Below, one piece after another: positions 33,232-45,100 of a DNA stretch of 64,000 nucleotides. Both the position numbers and the translations under genes were made by a program. Location of the stretch: the NCBI GenBank assembly GCA_965240325.2, contig OZ251226.1:1178001-1242000 (forward strand), in the 5' to 3' direction. The first letter of the stretch is position 1. Each line of letters starts with the position of its first letter. The stretch comes from Rebecca billardiae RCC1528 (lineage: Eukaryota; Protista; Haptophyta). The notes under the pieces are model-generated. The model was not told where the DNA came from and made no database searches. It saw only the letters and a program-made list of their open reading frames with translations.

Positions 33232-34419
33232 ATGTTCGCCCAGGTACCCTTCTTCGGCCGCGGGGGCTCTGCGCGGACACCCGCGGAGGCGACACCGTCG
33301 AGCGAGGCACCCGTGGAGGACGCGCCGCCCCTCGTCACCCCGGAGGGTCCGGCGCCACGCGTCGTCGTCATCGGTGCTGGGCGCATGGGCCAGCTCATTG
33401 CTGGCCACCTCGCCGTTCGCGGCGCGGTGTCTGTGGTGCTCCACGACCGCAGCGACTTCACGCGTGACCGTGCGCTCGCCGCAGTCCGTGCCTCCCTCCA
33501 GGAGCACGAGACAGATGGCCTGCTCGTGCCTGGCACGACGCGCGAAACACTTGACCGCATCTCGGTGTCCGCCAGTCTCGAGGCTGCGCTCGAGGCAGAC
33601 CTGGTCATCGAAGCCGTGCCGGAGGAGCTCGAGCTCAAGCGGGCCATCTTCACCTCGGTGGACCAGCTCATCGCCGAGCGGTGCAAGCCGGGCGAGGGCC
33701 CGCTCCTCTGCTCGAACTCCATCAGCCTCGCCCCGGCCGACATCTTTGCAAAGATCAAGCATAGGAAGTGCGGCACCGACCGCTGCGCCGCGCCGGGCAC
33801 GCCCGCGCCCCCTCGCGCGCGCAAGAGCTCACGGCCGTGTCGCCCCGCCCGCCCGCTCCTCCCCGCCCGGCGCGTCGCCGCGCCGCTCGGCAGGTGGTGC
33901 AACATGCGCTTCCTCTCGCCCGTCTACTTTGTGGACGAGGTCGAGCTGATCGGCGACGACGCCAACAGCCGCACCGCGCGCGCGGTGCTCAAGGCGCTCG
34001 GGATGAGCTCGATCCCGAAGATGACGGGCGAAAAGCTGTTGGACAAGGAGCGCGTGAACAAGTACTACGATAGGCAGCGCGAGCTCGTGGCGAAGGGCCC
34101 GCAGAAGAAGGCGGCCAGCGCCCGCACCCCCGCTTCGGAGACGCCCAAGGACCTGCCCGACTGCTGCGTCTGCCTCACGCGCACTTCGGGCGCGCTCATC
34201 CTGCCGTGCGGCCACACGAACACCTGCCACGACTGCGCGCTCATGCTGGTCACCTTGCGCAATCGCGGCGAGCACCGATGCCCCATCTGCAGAGGCTACA
34301 TCGAGAAGGTGCTCCAGGCCGACTGCCCCACAAAGGCGGAGCACTACGTCGTCGACGGCGGCACGGCGAACAGCACGGCCCCCACATGGACCCCCAACTT
34401 CAACTTCCTCACGCGCTAG
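33232..34419 (+). CDS. 3-hydroxyacyl-CoA dehydrogenase NAD-binding domain fused to a C3HC4 RING
   Basis: VIGAGRMG, DLVIEAVPEELELK, CSNSISL; RING CCVC...ILPCGHTNTCHDCA...CPICR; in-frame intron 33768-33893. Confidence 0.88.
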   Translation: MFAQVPFFGRGGSARTPAEATPSSEAPVEDAPPLVTPEGPAPRVVVIGAGRMGQLIAGHLAVRGAVSVVLHDRSDFTRDRALAAVRASLQEHETDGLLVPGTTRETLDRISVSASLEAALEADLVIEAVPEELELKRAIFTSVDQLIAERCKPGEGPLLCSNSISLAPADIFAKIKHRKCGTDRCAAPGTPAPPRARKSSRPCRPARPLLPARRVAAPLGRWCNMRFLSPVYFVDEVELIGDDANSRTARAVLKALGMSSIPKMTGEKLLDKERVNKYYDRQRELVAKGPQKKAASARTPASETPKDLPDCCVCLTRTSGALILPCGHTNTCHDCALMLVTLRNRGEHRCPICRGYIEKVLQADCPTKAEHYVVDGGTANSTAPTWTPNFNFLTR

Positions 34420-34489
34420 GGCGTGAGCTCAGCTTGGAGGGGAGGTTCAGCGCCTCAGGCTGCAGTCTCGCGTCCGCAAGAGCGCGCTG

Positions 34490-34608
34490 CACGATGCACA
34501 CGCCCACGGGGCAGCACGCCTGGGCCCTAGTGCACGCCGGCCAGCGCCACACGATGCACACGCCCACGGGGCAGCACGCCTGGGCCCTAGTGCACGCCGG
34601 CCAGCGCC
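34490..34608. repeat. 2x60-bp tandem duplication in the 3' UTR region
   Basis: Units start at 34490 and 34550 and are essentially identical. Confidence 0.9.
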
Positions 34609-35894
34609 GCCACGGACTGCTAAGCTGGGAACCGACGGTCTAGCTGTCGTCGAACAGCGTGGCTGCTGCGTGCCAAGTGACATGCGGGCTGGCTGGCGCG
34701 CCAATCCGCTGAGTCCAATTCAGCCAGACGAATTTTAGCATTTATTATTGTATATAATTATTTTTTAAAATAATAAAAATATGTTTCGATTTAATAATAC
34801 AAGCCGTATGACATATAATCATTTGCTGCTAGTCGTCCGATCCGAGGCCGATCGAGCGCTGGCAGGAAACTTGTGACTGATGATTTCCGCCCGCAGTCTT
34901 CACCGTCGTCATTGATGATCATGATAACTACTCATACTGAATCATCATCATGCAGTAGCCTACTCACTTATTTCATTACGACCGTAAATGTAATGATGAT
35001 GATGTAGTTTTATTGTCTTCAAGCAAGTACGTTTCAAAACGGTTTTAAGTTATACGACTAGCAGCTAGCTCACTACTAGCTGCAAGTTGACTGTCACTAC
35101 TGTCAGTGCCGAGTGCGGAGTGGCGAGTCCGCCGAGTAACCTCAGCGGTGACGAGCGGGCTCACAGACAGTGTGAGACAGCCGACAGGAGTCAGGACGAC
35201 GCGGGATCCAGACCACGCGGTGTCGATCATCGAGCGCTAGACTATGAATTAACACGGTCACGCAGCCGCGCCGGTCAACGAATGAGTCACACTGATCACA
35301 GCAACAATTTCCGAATCAAGGTCGGCATCGTAACGTACGTATGGGGGTAGCTATCTGCGGGCTTATATTATGGAATACTAAGTTAATAAAAGAGTAGTGA
35401 CGATGAGTTCCGACTTCCGTCACTCATTACTCAGCCGCTGTATGGTAGCCCGGACTAAGAGTATAGTTAATTATGCTACTGAGCTAGCCCGAGATAGCTA
35501 GACGAGCTGACGACGAGCATCAGCAGCAGTGGCGGCCTGTGCCCCTGCTGTTCGAATAATAAGACAGGCGGACTCTCGTCTGCTACTGTAGTAAACTGTA
35601 GCATAATTAGCAGGCAGGCTCCGGACCGCCGAGCGGGCACTTTTAGACGGTTCCGGGCCGTCGTGGCACTGATGCATACTCTCTATACTGGCTCCGCGCG
35701 GCACACAGACTCTCAGTGACACAGACTTAACTCCGTAGCAGTATCGTGACGACTTATAATATATATGCTGATTCAACTTCATCCGTAGTGCGTGGACTGA
35801 ATAACAATTTCCAGGCGGCCTGTATGTCGTGCTTACAGACTGCAGCACAGTCTTGGACGGACCCTGATCGAGTGCACTCTCGACTGCCCGTGGC

Positions 35895-36815
35895 TTATGC
35901 CGAGTCCGGCTGGTCGTCACCCTCATGCCGCCGCCGTCCTCGAGCCGATGAGACGAAGTGCGCTGCGTCACGCTCGAGCCAGTCCAAGGCGCGCTCAAGC
36001 CCGCCGAATGCGAAGACGTGCAGGCCAAGCTCGAGGTCTGCGATGCCTGCGGGCTTTGGCATCGCTGCCGCCAGCTCTTGTACGAGCTGCTCGTGAGGTC
36101 GGATGACCCCAGCTGGCGGCGGCGGCACATTACAGACCTGGCAAAACTTCACGAGCTGCTTCGCAGGCGTGGGACCGGGTACACCGACGGACAGTCGGCT
36201 GATGCCGATGCCCGGCAGGGTGCCGGCCAGCTGCAGGATGTCCGGCGCATCGAAGCAGAACTGAGTCACTGCCTCCACCGCAATGCCCTGCTGGGAAAGA
36301 GCGCTTGCCTTGTCTGAGAGTGCCTGGTGGAGGAGAGATGGGGCAACCGCCGGGAGGCCCTGCGGGTGCGCGGCCACCCCGACAGAACGTACGCCATGCT
36401 CCGCGAGCAGGCCAGACTGTATGAAGTCGAGAGCAGAATTGAACGCCGAGCCCGACACGGACGCTGCGGGCGTGCCTGCGGGCGCATCGTCGAGCCGCTG
36501 CGGCACCTCTTCACCCCCGATGAGGAGCACCTCGAGGTGATTCCCATCGACGAGCGTGGAGCGCAAGGCCATGAGAGCGTCATTCGCCTCGCTCGCCGCC
36601 GTCCACCTCCGGGCAGCAACGTGGGGCACAGGCTGCAGGCCGAGCGCCTGCACGCGCGACGCCGCATCGACGACATCGGAGAACGGTGACCCGGGGAGGT
36701 GCGGCAAAAAGACGCGTGTCCTGGATGGCACGCGGCGCATGAGCGCGCTGTTCGCGTCATTCAGCACGAATCGAGGCAGCAGCTCCAGCGACACGGGCCA
36801 CAGCATGGGCCCCAT
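35895..36815 (-). CDS. Methylenetetrahydrofolate reductase-like protein (short, bacterial MetF-like)
   Basis: PVPHVAARR, LLIGGE, GVAAHPQG, VTQFCFDA, VGVPGP, LHVFAFGG; no eukaryotic SAM-regulatory domain; no intron seen. Confidence 0.82.
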   Translation of the reverse strand: MGPMLWPVSLELLPRFVLNDANSALMRRVPSRTRVFLPHLPGSPFSDVVDAASRVQALGLQPVPHVAARRWTAASEANDALMALRSTLVDGNHLEVLLIGGEEVPQRLDDAPAGTPAASVSGSAFNSALDFIQSGLLAEHGVRSVGVAAHPQGLPAVAPSLLHQALSDKASALSQQGIAVEAVTQFCFDAPDILQLAGTLPGIGISRLSVGVPGPTPAKQLVKFCQVCNVPPPPAGVIRPHEQLVQELAAAMPKPAGIADLELGLHVFAFGGLERALDWLERDAAHFVSSARGRRRHEGDDQPDSA

Positions 36816-37029
36816 CGCCGACGCCGCACTCACCGGGCGCGACTGACGCGACGGACCGGGCGTGACTTGTCGAGGAGCGCGCAAAAAGGACCTGCTGCTA
36901 CCGCGCGATCTGAGGGCTTGAGATCGTATTGGCGACAGGTTTCGTGATTTCCCACGCTAATCTGCGGCGGACGGCGGCGGAGCCGGAACCGGCTCATCCC
37001 GAGAAGCGACGCCCGCGTCGCTCCTGACC

Positions 37030-38193
37030 ATGCCCGTCTTCCAACCCATCGGCCAGAAGCGGCTGACCAACATCGCGGTAGTGCGGCTCAAGAAGGGCGG
37101 CCACCGCTTCGAAGTAGCCTGCTTCCCCAACAAGGTGCTCAACTGGCGCAACGGCGTCGAGAAGGATCTCGACGAGGTGCTGCAATCGCGCCAGATCTTT
37201 GCAAACGTGTCGAAGGGCGTGCTCGCCAAGGGCGACGACCTGCTTGCGGCCTTCAACACCGAGGACGAGGACAAGATCTGCGTCGAGGTGCTCAGCCGTG
37301 GTGACTACCAGGTCTCGGACAAGGAGCGTCACCTGCAGATCGACTCGCTTTTCCACGAGATCGCCACGATTGTGGCTGACAAGTGCGTGGACGCGACCAC
37401 GGGCAGGCCGCTCACGGTGAGCCTCATCGAGCGGGGGATGCAAACCCTGCACTACTCGGTCTCGACCACCCGCACGGCAAAGCAGCAGGCGCTCGATGTG
37501 ATCAAGCTCCTGGAGCAGAGCGACATGGGCATCATGCGCGCACAGATGCGCCTGCGCGTGCGAGCGGCCGCGGACATGGAATCCGAGCTGCGCGCTCTGC
37601 TTGAGCAGCTCGAGGGCACCAAGCTCGAGCGCGAGGAGAAGGTGAGCGGCACGTGCGAGATCGTCTGCCTCGTCAACCCGGGCTCGTTCCGGGAGCTCAG
37701 CAACCCGGCGAACAGCTCGATCGCAGGCCTCACAGTCGAGGTGCTGGACGCCAAGGCCGTGCGGATGGACGCCGACGCTGCCCACGGCGGCAGCAGCAGC
37801 GCACCCGCGGGCGGGGCCGTGGACACCTCGGCTGGAGCGGCGGTAGACAAGCCGGGTGCGTCGACGGGCGCCGATGGCAGCGCGTCTGAGGCGCTCCCGC
37901 CATCCCGCAAGCTGCCCGCAGCCGTGGCTGGTGCGGAGGGGGCGCGGAGCGGCGCTGGCGATGCGACCACCGCTGCTGCGGCGGAGCGGACGTTTGCGTG
38001 CAAGTCGTGCCCGGGTGCGCAGTTCGCGGACGCGCATGCCCACCGCGAGCATTTCAAGTCCGAATGGCACAAGTTCAACCTGTCGCGTAAGACCCGCGGC
38101 GCGGCGCCGCTCAGCGAGGAGGAGTTTGCCGAGGCCGAGGAGGAGTTGAAAGCCGCGGGTGCGGGTGGCGGGGACGACGATTTTTTCAAGTGA
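37030..38193 (+). CDS. SBDS: Ribosome maturation factor SBDS/Sdo1 with C-terminal C2H2 zinc finger
   Basis: QKRLTNIAVVRLKKGGHRFEVACFPNKV, IFANVSKG, AKQQALDVIK, RAQMRLR, CKSC...HREHFKSEWHKFNL. Confidence 0.97.
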   Translation: MPVFQPIGQKRLTNIAVVRLKKGGHRFEVACFPNKVLNWRNGVEKDLDEVLQSRQIFANVSKGVLAKGDDLLAAFNTEDEDKICVEVLSRGDYQVSDKERHLQIDSLFHEIATIVADKCVDATTGRPLTVSLIERGMQTLHYSVSTTRTAKQQALDVIKLLEQSDMGIMRAQMRLRVRAAADMESELRALLEQLEGTKLEREEKVSGTCEIVCLVNPGSFRELSNPANSSIAGLTVEVLDAKAVRMDADAAHGGSSSAPAGGAVDTSAGAAVDKPGASTGADGSASEALPPSRKLPAAVAGAEGARSGAGDATTAAAAERTFACKSCPGAQFADAHAHREHFKSEWHKFNLSRKTRGAAPLSEEEFAEAEEELKAAGAGGGDDDFFK

Positions 38194-38444
38194 GAAGGAC
38201 AGAGCCAGATGCAAGTCTTGGTCGAAGCTGGCATCCTTTGGGGTCTGGCCTACTTCATTTGCGCCGTACGGGCGTACATCAGTACGACATAGTCAACACT
38301 GTTACATGCGATGCGCCACATATCATCGGCGAATTATTATCCGGATAATTTATTATTAATAAATTGGATTCAGTCGTCTGCGTCGGATCATGGACATGAT
38401 GCACTGCTGACCCCGTGACGGTTAATCACGCAGTAGTTAGTGTG

Positions 38445-40520
38445 TATATATATATATGATCGGCTACGCCGATCTTCGGGTAGTAAACAACGAAGTTGAG
38501 GGCGCACGGCCCTGGTAGTTGTCGCGTTCTTCACCGAATCACGATGCGCGCGCCCGGCGCGCCTCGCCGTGCAGGAGGCGCGGGCGCGAGTAATCGACGC
38601 GATCGACGGCCTCGGGGGGCTGCGCCGTGTCGCGGCTCTTCACGCAGCCGGCGTGCCCCTCGAGCGCGCGCACGCACTCGGCGGTGTCCACGCCCACAGC
38701 CGCACGACCGCGTCGCTGTCGTCGCCCGCGCTCGCCGCGACGCGCCCGTCGGCCGAGAGTGCGACCGCCTCCACCCAGCCGGCGTGCGCTACCAGCACTC
38801 GCGCGCAGTGCTCGCGCCCGCGCGCCCAGCTGGCGCGGGCGGCCGGGTGCGCGGCGCGCGGCGCGCGCCGCGCTCACGCGGACTCGGCCTCGGGGGGCTG
38901 CGCCGTGTCGCGGCTCTTCACGCAGCCGGCGTGCCCCTCGAGCGCGCGCACGCACTCGGCGGTGTCCCACGCCCACAGCCGCACGACCGCGTCGCTGTCG
39001 TCGCCCGCGCTCGCCGCGACGCGCCCGTCGGCCGAGAGTGCGACCGCCTCCACCCAGCCGGCGTGCGCTAGCAGCACAGCCTCGCACGGCCCGCGCGCGG
39101 CGAGCAGGGGCGCTCGCGCGCAGTGCTCGCGCCCGCGCGCCCAGCTGGCGCGGGCGGCCGGGTGCGCGGCGCGCGGCGCGCGCCGCGCCCACGCGGACTC
39201 GTGCGGCGCCGAGCCAACCGGCTGCTCGAGGCACAGCGCGAGGCAGCGGCCCGGCGCCGCGGCGGCGGCGGAGGCGCTCAGCCGCGCGAGCTGCAGTCAG
39301 TCCGCGACGCGCGCGCGCAGCGCCGCAGCCTCCGCGCGCGCGGCCGCGCCCGGCTCGCCGCCGCCGCCGCCGCGCGCGTCGGCGTCGGCGAGCGCCGCGG
39401 CCGTGTCCGCGAGGTCGCGCACGTACTCGGTCTCGAGGCCGTGCCGCGCGCGCGCCTCCCACCCGTCCGCGCCCGCGTCGGTGAGCTCGCGCGCCGCGTC
39501 GGCCGCACGCCCGGCCGCGAGCAGCGCTTGCACTAGCTCCTCGCACCGGCGCACATTGAGCACGGCGGCGTCGCGGCCGGCGAGGCCGAGGCGCGCGGCG
39601 GAGAGGAGCAGGGGCTGCGGCGCGACGCGCCGCCGCCCGTCCTCGCCGCCGGTGGCCTTCGGGTGGCGCAGCGGCTTGGCGGCCTCGCCCGCCCACGTGC
39701 TCCGCCGCCGCGTCGGCGAGCAGCACGGCGTGCAGCGCGCTCGGCGCCTCTCCGAGTGCCGAGCGCACCGCCTCGGCCTGCCGCGTTCGTGTGGCCAAGC
39801 TACTAGCTAGGCAGCGCCTTTTGTCATCGCGCGAAGCCGTGTGGAGCAGTATTCATCAACGGGACGAGATAACTATCAGAAGGGGGGGGGCCTTGCTCCT
39901 TACAACGTGGATCCTTGCTCGTTAGATCTCAGAAATAAGGATACGGTTATGAATCGCGCGCGGGAACGCCCTCGGGCTACCCGCGTCAATGATATCTCGT
40001 CGCCCGCGAGGGTTCGTGCGAAACGGTGCGAATACGTCGTGCTATAATACTTCCCTTCGCGGGCCACCCGGCTTTAAGAGATATTACCCGTGTATGAATC
40101 TTAACCTGATGATATCCGCCCCTGAGAAGCGACGGTTCATGACTTCAGATGCCGGCATAATACTTTACTTCAAGCGACATAAAAGCCGACCCAACCTCTC
40201 AGTCTCTTTTCTATGGTTGGCGAGCTGTTTCAGGCCCTTACAATTCAGCCATCTTACTTTGACGGAATGTTCGAACACACGGCTGGTATTATGTGCTATT
40301 CCACCCTGCTTTCCCCTAAGTGTTACTATCGTTAAAATTAAGGGGCAGTACAAACGCAATCATTGCGGCAGCGATATCCACTCATACGCGGTGGCCACCT
40401 AGCGAAAAATCCCCAAAATCCTGCGCGCATCCTCTTTTTGATTTTGCGGAGCACGTGCGCCGCCCCCCCCGGCTTTCGCTCACGCTCAGACCTTTCGGGG
40501 GGGGGGCGTGCGCCATAACA
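38445..40520 (-). mobile_element. Non-autonomous Helitron2/Helentron-like element, complete copy A, carrying WD40 pseudogene cargo
   Basis: (TA)n at 38445-38457; hairpin GATCGGC-TAC-GCCGATC at 38458-38474; inverted repeat GGCGCACGGCCC at 38501-38512 pairs with GGGGCGTGCGCC at 40503-40514 (one mismatch). Both ends match copy B in reverse complement. The repeat itself is directly visible; the superfamily assignment is inferred. Confidence 0.75.
38580..39800 (-). pseudogene. Fragmented WD40-repeat gene piece inside element copy A
   Basis: LLAHAGWVEAVALSADGRVAASAGDDSDAVVRLW..DTAECVRALEGHAG occurs twice (offset about 278 bp, 1-nt indel); in-frame TGA at 39297-39299; frameshifts. Confidence 0.75.
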
Positions 40521-41258
40521 GGTAGCAGTGCCGGTGACTTGATTGACTTACCGAGGTACAATACTGTCGTCGATATCTGCCACTGACTGATTCTACTCGG
40601 AATCTACCGTGATCGCGGCCGGGGCCCGCGTCATTATGACACCGGTCACTCGAAGCCTCTCAGTCTCAGAGATACAACCTGACTGATTCTGAATCGTCAG
40701 CCGGCTCACTAGCTAGCGCCGCAGGCGGCGGAAGCGTATTGTTCTTTAGCATTGAGGTCTTAACAGAGATTCGAGCCTGCAATGATTCGAGAGACGTGAG
40801 AAGACTCGACAGACTCACCACTCGGGTGTATTCCCGAGTGTAACACTGTAAGACGACTGACGAATATAAGCGGCCGGGCATTGACTGCAGCATATGTCAG
40901 TGTCAGACGAGTTATCGGCCAACTAGCTTTAGCTTAAGCCAGCTAGCAGCTTATTTTAAAATTAAAAGCTACGACTCTATGCTGATGATTGATGAGCTGA
41001 GGTGCTAGCTAGTAGCTACTGTAGTCTGTACTGACTCCAGTTACTGAGCGCTAGTCTGCACTACGGTTGTCTCGGAGTGTGTTATGACCCCGCAGGCCGA
41101 GCCTCAGTACGGGTTGACTAGCTGCTAGCTGTCTAGCTTATCTCGTCAGGAGTATCGGTAGGCTATGCTTACACTTACGGGCCTGCTGAGCACAGACTCA
41201 GAGTCACGGACTCGGGGCAGGCCGGCTTGGACAGATAAGTTTACAGAAGTACGCAGTA

Positions 41259-42011
41259 CTATGACACCAATGGTGCACCATTGTCAATGTCGAACAGGCC
41301 GTCCGGGAGCACGCGAACATTGAAGACCAGATAGCACCAGGCACCCCAGTCGTATAGCAAGCGGAAGAGGACGAGCTGGCTGCGTCCTGAGAGCTTCACA
41401 TCGAGCACGTATTCAACCACCCAGCCACGATCCTCGGGTGTGGCCGCCTCGGAGACGGATGTTGACTCTCGGGCGAATCGCCACACATCGCATTCGATGA
41501 GCAGCGCATATTCCTCGCGGATGAGCTGAGAGAAAGTGTCGAGATCCAGCGCCTCGCCAGACACATAGCGGTTGATCAGCTTTCCGTGCTTCCATGAGAC
41601 CCTCGGTGTCTTTGTGCTGACCCCGTGCACAAATGACTGTGTGCCCGCAGAAGGCGAAGTGAAGCGGAACGCTTCGGCGATGCCCTCCTCCCCGCGATGC
41701 TGCAAGGACAGCATGACGTACTCCACGACCTTATGCGGGCTCTTGAAGGCCGAAGGGCCGTCCGCTTCCAGCTCCTCCATCGCGTTGAGCAGACCGCGCT
41801 TGCGTCGCTCGCGCTCCAGGCTGACCTCGATGTCGTCACCGTCTGGCTCGCTCGAATCACAAGCTCGAACATTGCGCAGTCGGTGTGCTCGCGTGAGGTG
41901 CGCACTGCGCAGCGGCCGGAGGATCTGTCCGCGGCTGAGGCCGTGACACGCACCCATGAGCGCAAACATACATGCTGCGGCACCGATGGGGCGGGCCGAG
42001 TCCGCCATCAT
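41259..42011 (-). CDS. Hypothetical protein, probable signal plus transit peptide (possibly plastid-targeted)
   Basis: Hydrophobic N-terminus, then an Arg-rich segment; globular core SPHKVVEYVMLSLQ...GIAEAFRFTSP. Confidence 0.7.
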   Translation of the reverse strand: MMADSARPIGAAACMFALMGACHGLSRGQILRPLRSAHLTRAHRLRNVRACDSSEPDGDDIEVSLERERRKRGLLNAMEELEADGPSAFKSPHKVVEYVMLSLQHRGEEGIAEAFRFTSPSAGTQSFVHGVSTKTPRVSWKHGKLINRYVSGEALDLDTFSQLIREEYALLIECDVWRFARESTSVSEAATPEDRGWVVEYVLDVKLSGRSQLVLFRLLYDWGAWCYLVFNVRVLPDGLFDIDNGAPLVS

Positions 42012-42172
42012 TGGCCGGGCGGGGGCCGGGGGTGGGCGGTTAGTCCTCACCACCAAGGGCGGTATCACCACCATCCCCTCAGCCTGGTCAAGAAGCTCGG
42101 CGCAGGTTTGGTCGGTTTGACCAGTGGCAGTAGTGGACGCGCTGGCTGTGTGTGTGCACGGCGCAGCGGGAC

Positions 42173-45100
42173 ATGCCCTCCGCGGAGCGGGAGGAGGTGC
42201 GGGCGCGCGTGTGGCTGCCGTCCGCCAACGGCGATGACTTCCGCGCGGCGGTCATCGTCTCGGAGGAGCCGCTCGTGGTGCAGCTCGAAGAGTCTGGCGA
42301 GAAGCTGGAGCTCGCGCCCTCCGCCAGGCGGCTGTGGCCTCGGAACGAGGCACACCTCGTCGGCACCGACGACCTGATCCGGCTGCCTCACCTGGACGAG
42401 CCGAACATCCTTCACTCCCTCGCGACGCGCTTTGGGACGGATGCGATCTACACGTACACCGGGCCGATCCTGATCGCGCTCAACCCGTGGAAGCGGCTGC
42501 CGCTGTACGGCGCTGACGCGGTGGACCGATTCTTGCGCGCGGGCGACGCCGTGCGCGCGCCCGACTCGACGCTGCCGCCGCACGCCTTCGCGATCGCGTC
42601 GGCAGCGTACTATGGCATGCGACGCACCGGCAACAACCAGTCGGTTCTCGTTTCCGGCGAGTCAGGCGCCGGTGCGCGCGCATCCGCGGCCCGCGCGGCC
42701 CGTGCGCATGCATGCGCGCCCGTCCACCGCGAGCGCTCGGCGACGGCGTCGCCGGCCGACTGATCCGGCGCGCTGCGCCCCCTGCAGGCAAGACGGAGAC
42801 CACCAAGTTCCTCCTGCAGTTCCTCGCGGCCCTCTCCGGTCCCGCCGCCGCCCATTCCGGCGCGAGCGAGGCGGTGTCGATCGAGCAGCGGCTCCTCGAG
42901 TCCAATCCAATCCTCGAGTCGTTCGGGAATGCCAAGACGCTGCGCAACGACAACTCCTCGCGCTTCGGCAAGTTCATCGAGGTGCGCTTCGCCGCCGAGA
43001 GCGGCGCGATCTGCGCCGGCGAGATCTCGACGTACCTTCTCGAGAAGGTGCGCGTCGCGCACCAGGACGCGGGCGAGCGCAACTTTCACGCCTTCTATCA
43101 GCTGCTCGCGGCGAGCGAGCGCGGCGAGCACGCGCTCTTCAGCGGGCCGGACGCGCTCGCGCTGCTGCTCCGGCCCGTCTCGGAGCACACGTACGCGCAC
43201 GGCGGGCAGTGCGTGCGGATCGACGGCATCGACGACGCGGAGCAGCACGCGCGCACGCTCGACGCGATGGCGCAGATGGGACTCGAGCGCGACGAGCTGC
43301 GCGACGTGTGGTCGCTCGTCGCGGCGATCCTGCACCTCGGCGACGTCTGCTTCGAGGAGTCGGCGGCGAGGGCGGGCGAGGACGAGGCGGGCGGCGGCGT
43401 GCAGTCGGACGGCTCCGCCGTGCGCGCGGACGCGCGCGAGGCGCTCACGGTCGCCGCCAACCTGCTCGGCCTCGATCCGGACGCCGTCTCGTTTGCGCTG
43501 CGCCACCGGCACGTCGAGGCTCGCGGCGAGACCTTCATGGTCCCGCAGACGCCCGACCAGGCGTCGGACGCGCGCGACGCGCTCGCCAAGGCCATCTACG
43601 GCCAGCTCTTCGCGGCGCTCGTGCGCCTGATCAACGACCACCTGCACACGAACCTCGGCACGCCCGCCACGGGCGCGAGGCGGGGCTCGTCCGGCGCGCG
43701 CGACTCGGCCCATCCGGCCGGCACAAGGATGATTGGCGTGCTGGACATCTTTGGCTTCGAGCGGTTCGAGCACAACTCGTTCGAGCAGCTGTGCATCAAC
43801 TACGCGAACGAGCGGCTGCAGCAGCAGTTCAACCACGTCGTCTTCCAGCTCGAGCAGGAGGAGTACGTGCGCGAGGGCATCGACTGGACGCACGTCGAGT
43901 TCATCGACAACGCGCAGACGCTCGAGCTGATAGACGGCCGGGCCGGCATCATCCGGCTGCTCGACGGGCAGTGCCTGCTGCCCGCCGGCTCGGACGAGGC
44001 GTTCGTCGAGCAGCTGCGCTCGACGTGCGACAAGCACCCGTCGTTCGTGCGCGCGCGCTTCGCGGCGCGCACGGCCTTCGGCATCGCGCACTACGCGGGC
44101 GAGGTGCTGTACGAGGCGTCTGGCTTTGTGGACAAGAACCGCGACACGCTGCCGTCCAACCTGCGCGCGCTGCTCGTCGCGCCCACGCGCGAGGACAGCC
44201 CGCTGCGCTTCGCGACGGACGTGCCCACGTCGGCGCTGCTCGCCGAGCTCGCGAGCGCCACGCCGAGCGCCGGCGGCAGCTTCCGCGCGGGCAAGGCCTC
44301 GCTCGCCGCGCAGTTTTACAAGCAGCTGAACGAGCTGATGGCGCTGGTGTCGGCGACGACGACGCATTACGTGCGGTGCATCAACCCGAACGGGCGCAAG
44401 GCTGCGGGCGAGCTGGAGCTGCGCTCGGTGCTGCACCAGCTGCGCTGCGGTGGCGTGATGGACGCCGTGCGCGTCTGCCGCAGCGGCTTCCCGACGCGGT
44501 ACACCCACGCCGAGTTCGCGCGGCGCTATCGCTGCCTGTGCGCGCGCAGCGGGGCGGCGCCAGCCTCGGCGAGCGCGCGCGCGGCGAGTGAGGAGGTCCT
44601 TCGCGCGAGCGGCATCGGCACGGCCGACTGCGCGCTCGGCGCGACGAAGGTCTTCCTGCGGATGGGGCGCGCGGAGGTGCTCGAGTCGCGGCGCACCGAG
44701 ACGATGCTGCGTGCGAGCGTGCGCGTGCAGTCGGCCGCGCGCAGGCGGGCGTGCCGCGGCGCGTTCACGGCGCTGCGTGCGTCGAGCGTCGCCGTGCAGT
44801 CGGCCGCGCGAGCGCGCGCGGCGCGGTTTGAGGCGCAGCGCCGTCGCGAGGGTCGCGCAGCGCTGCGGCTGCAAGCGCGCGCTCGCAGCGCGCTCGCCGC
44901 GCGCCTGCTCGGCCGAGCGCGTGTGGCCGCCACGCGCCTCGCCGCCGCGTGGCGCGGCGCGTGCGCACAGCGCGCATTTCATGAGAACCTTCTCCGCCGA
45001 GCGGCCGTGCGCGCGCAGGCGCTGCTGCGGACTGCGTTGTGCCGACGCGCCTTCCTGGCCCAACGGCGCGCGGCGGTTGCCATCGAGTGCGCCGCGCGGC

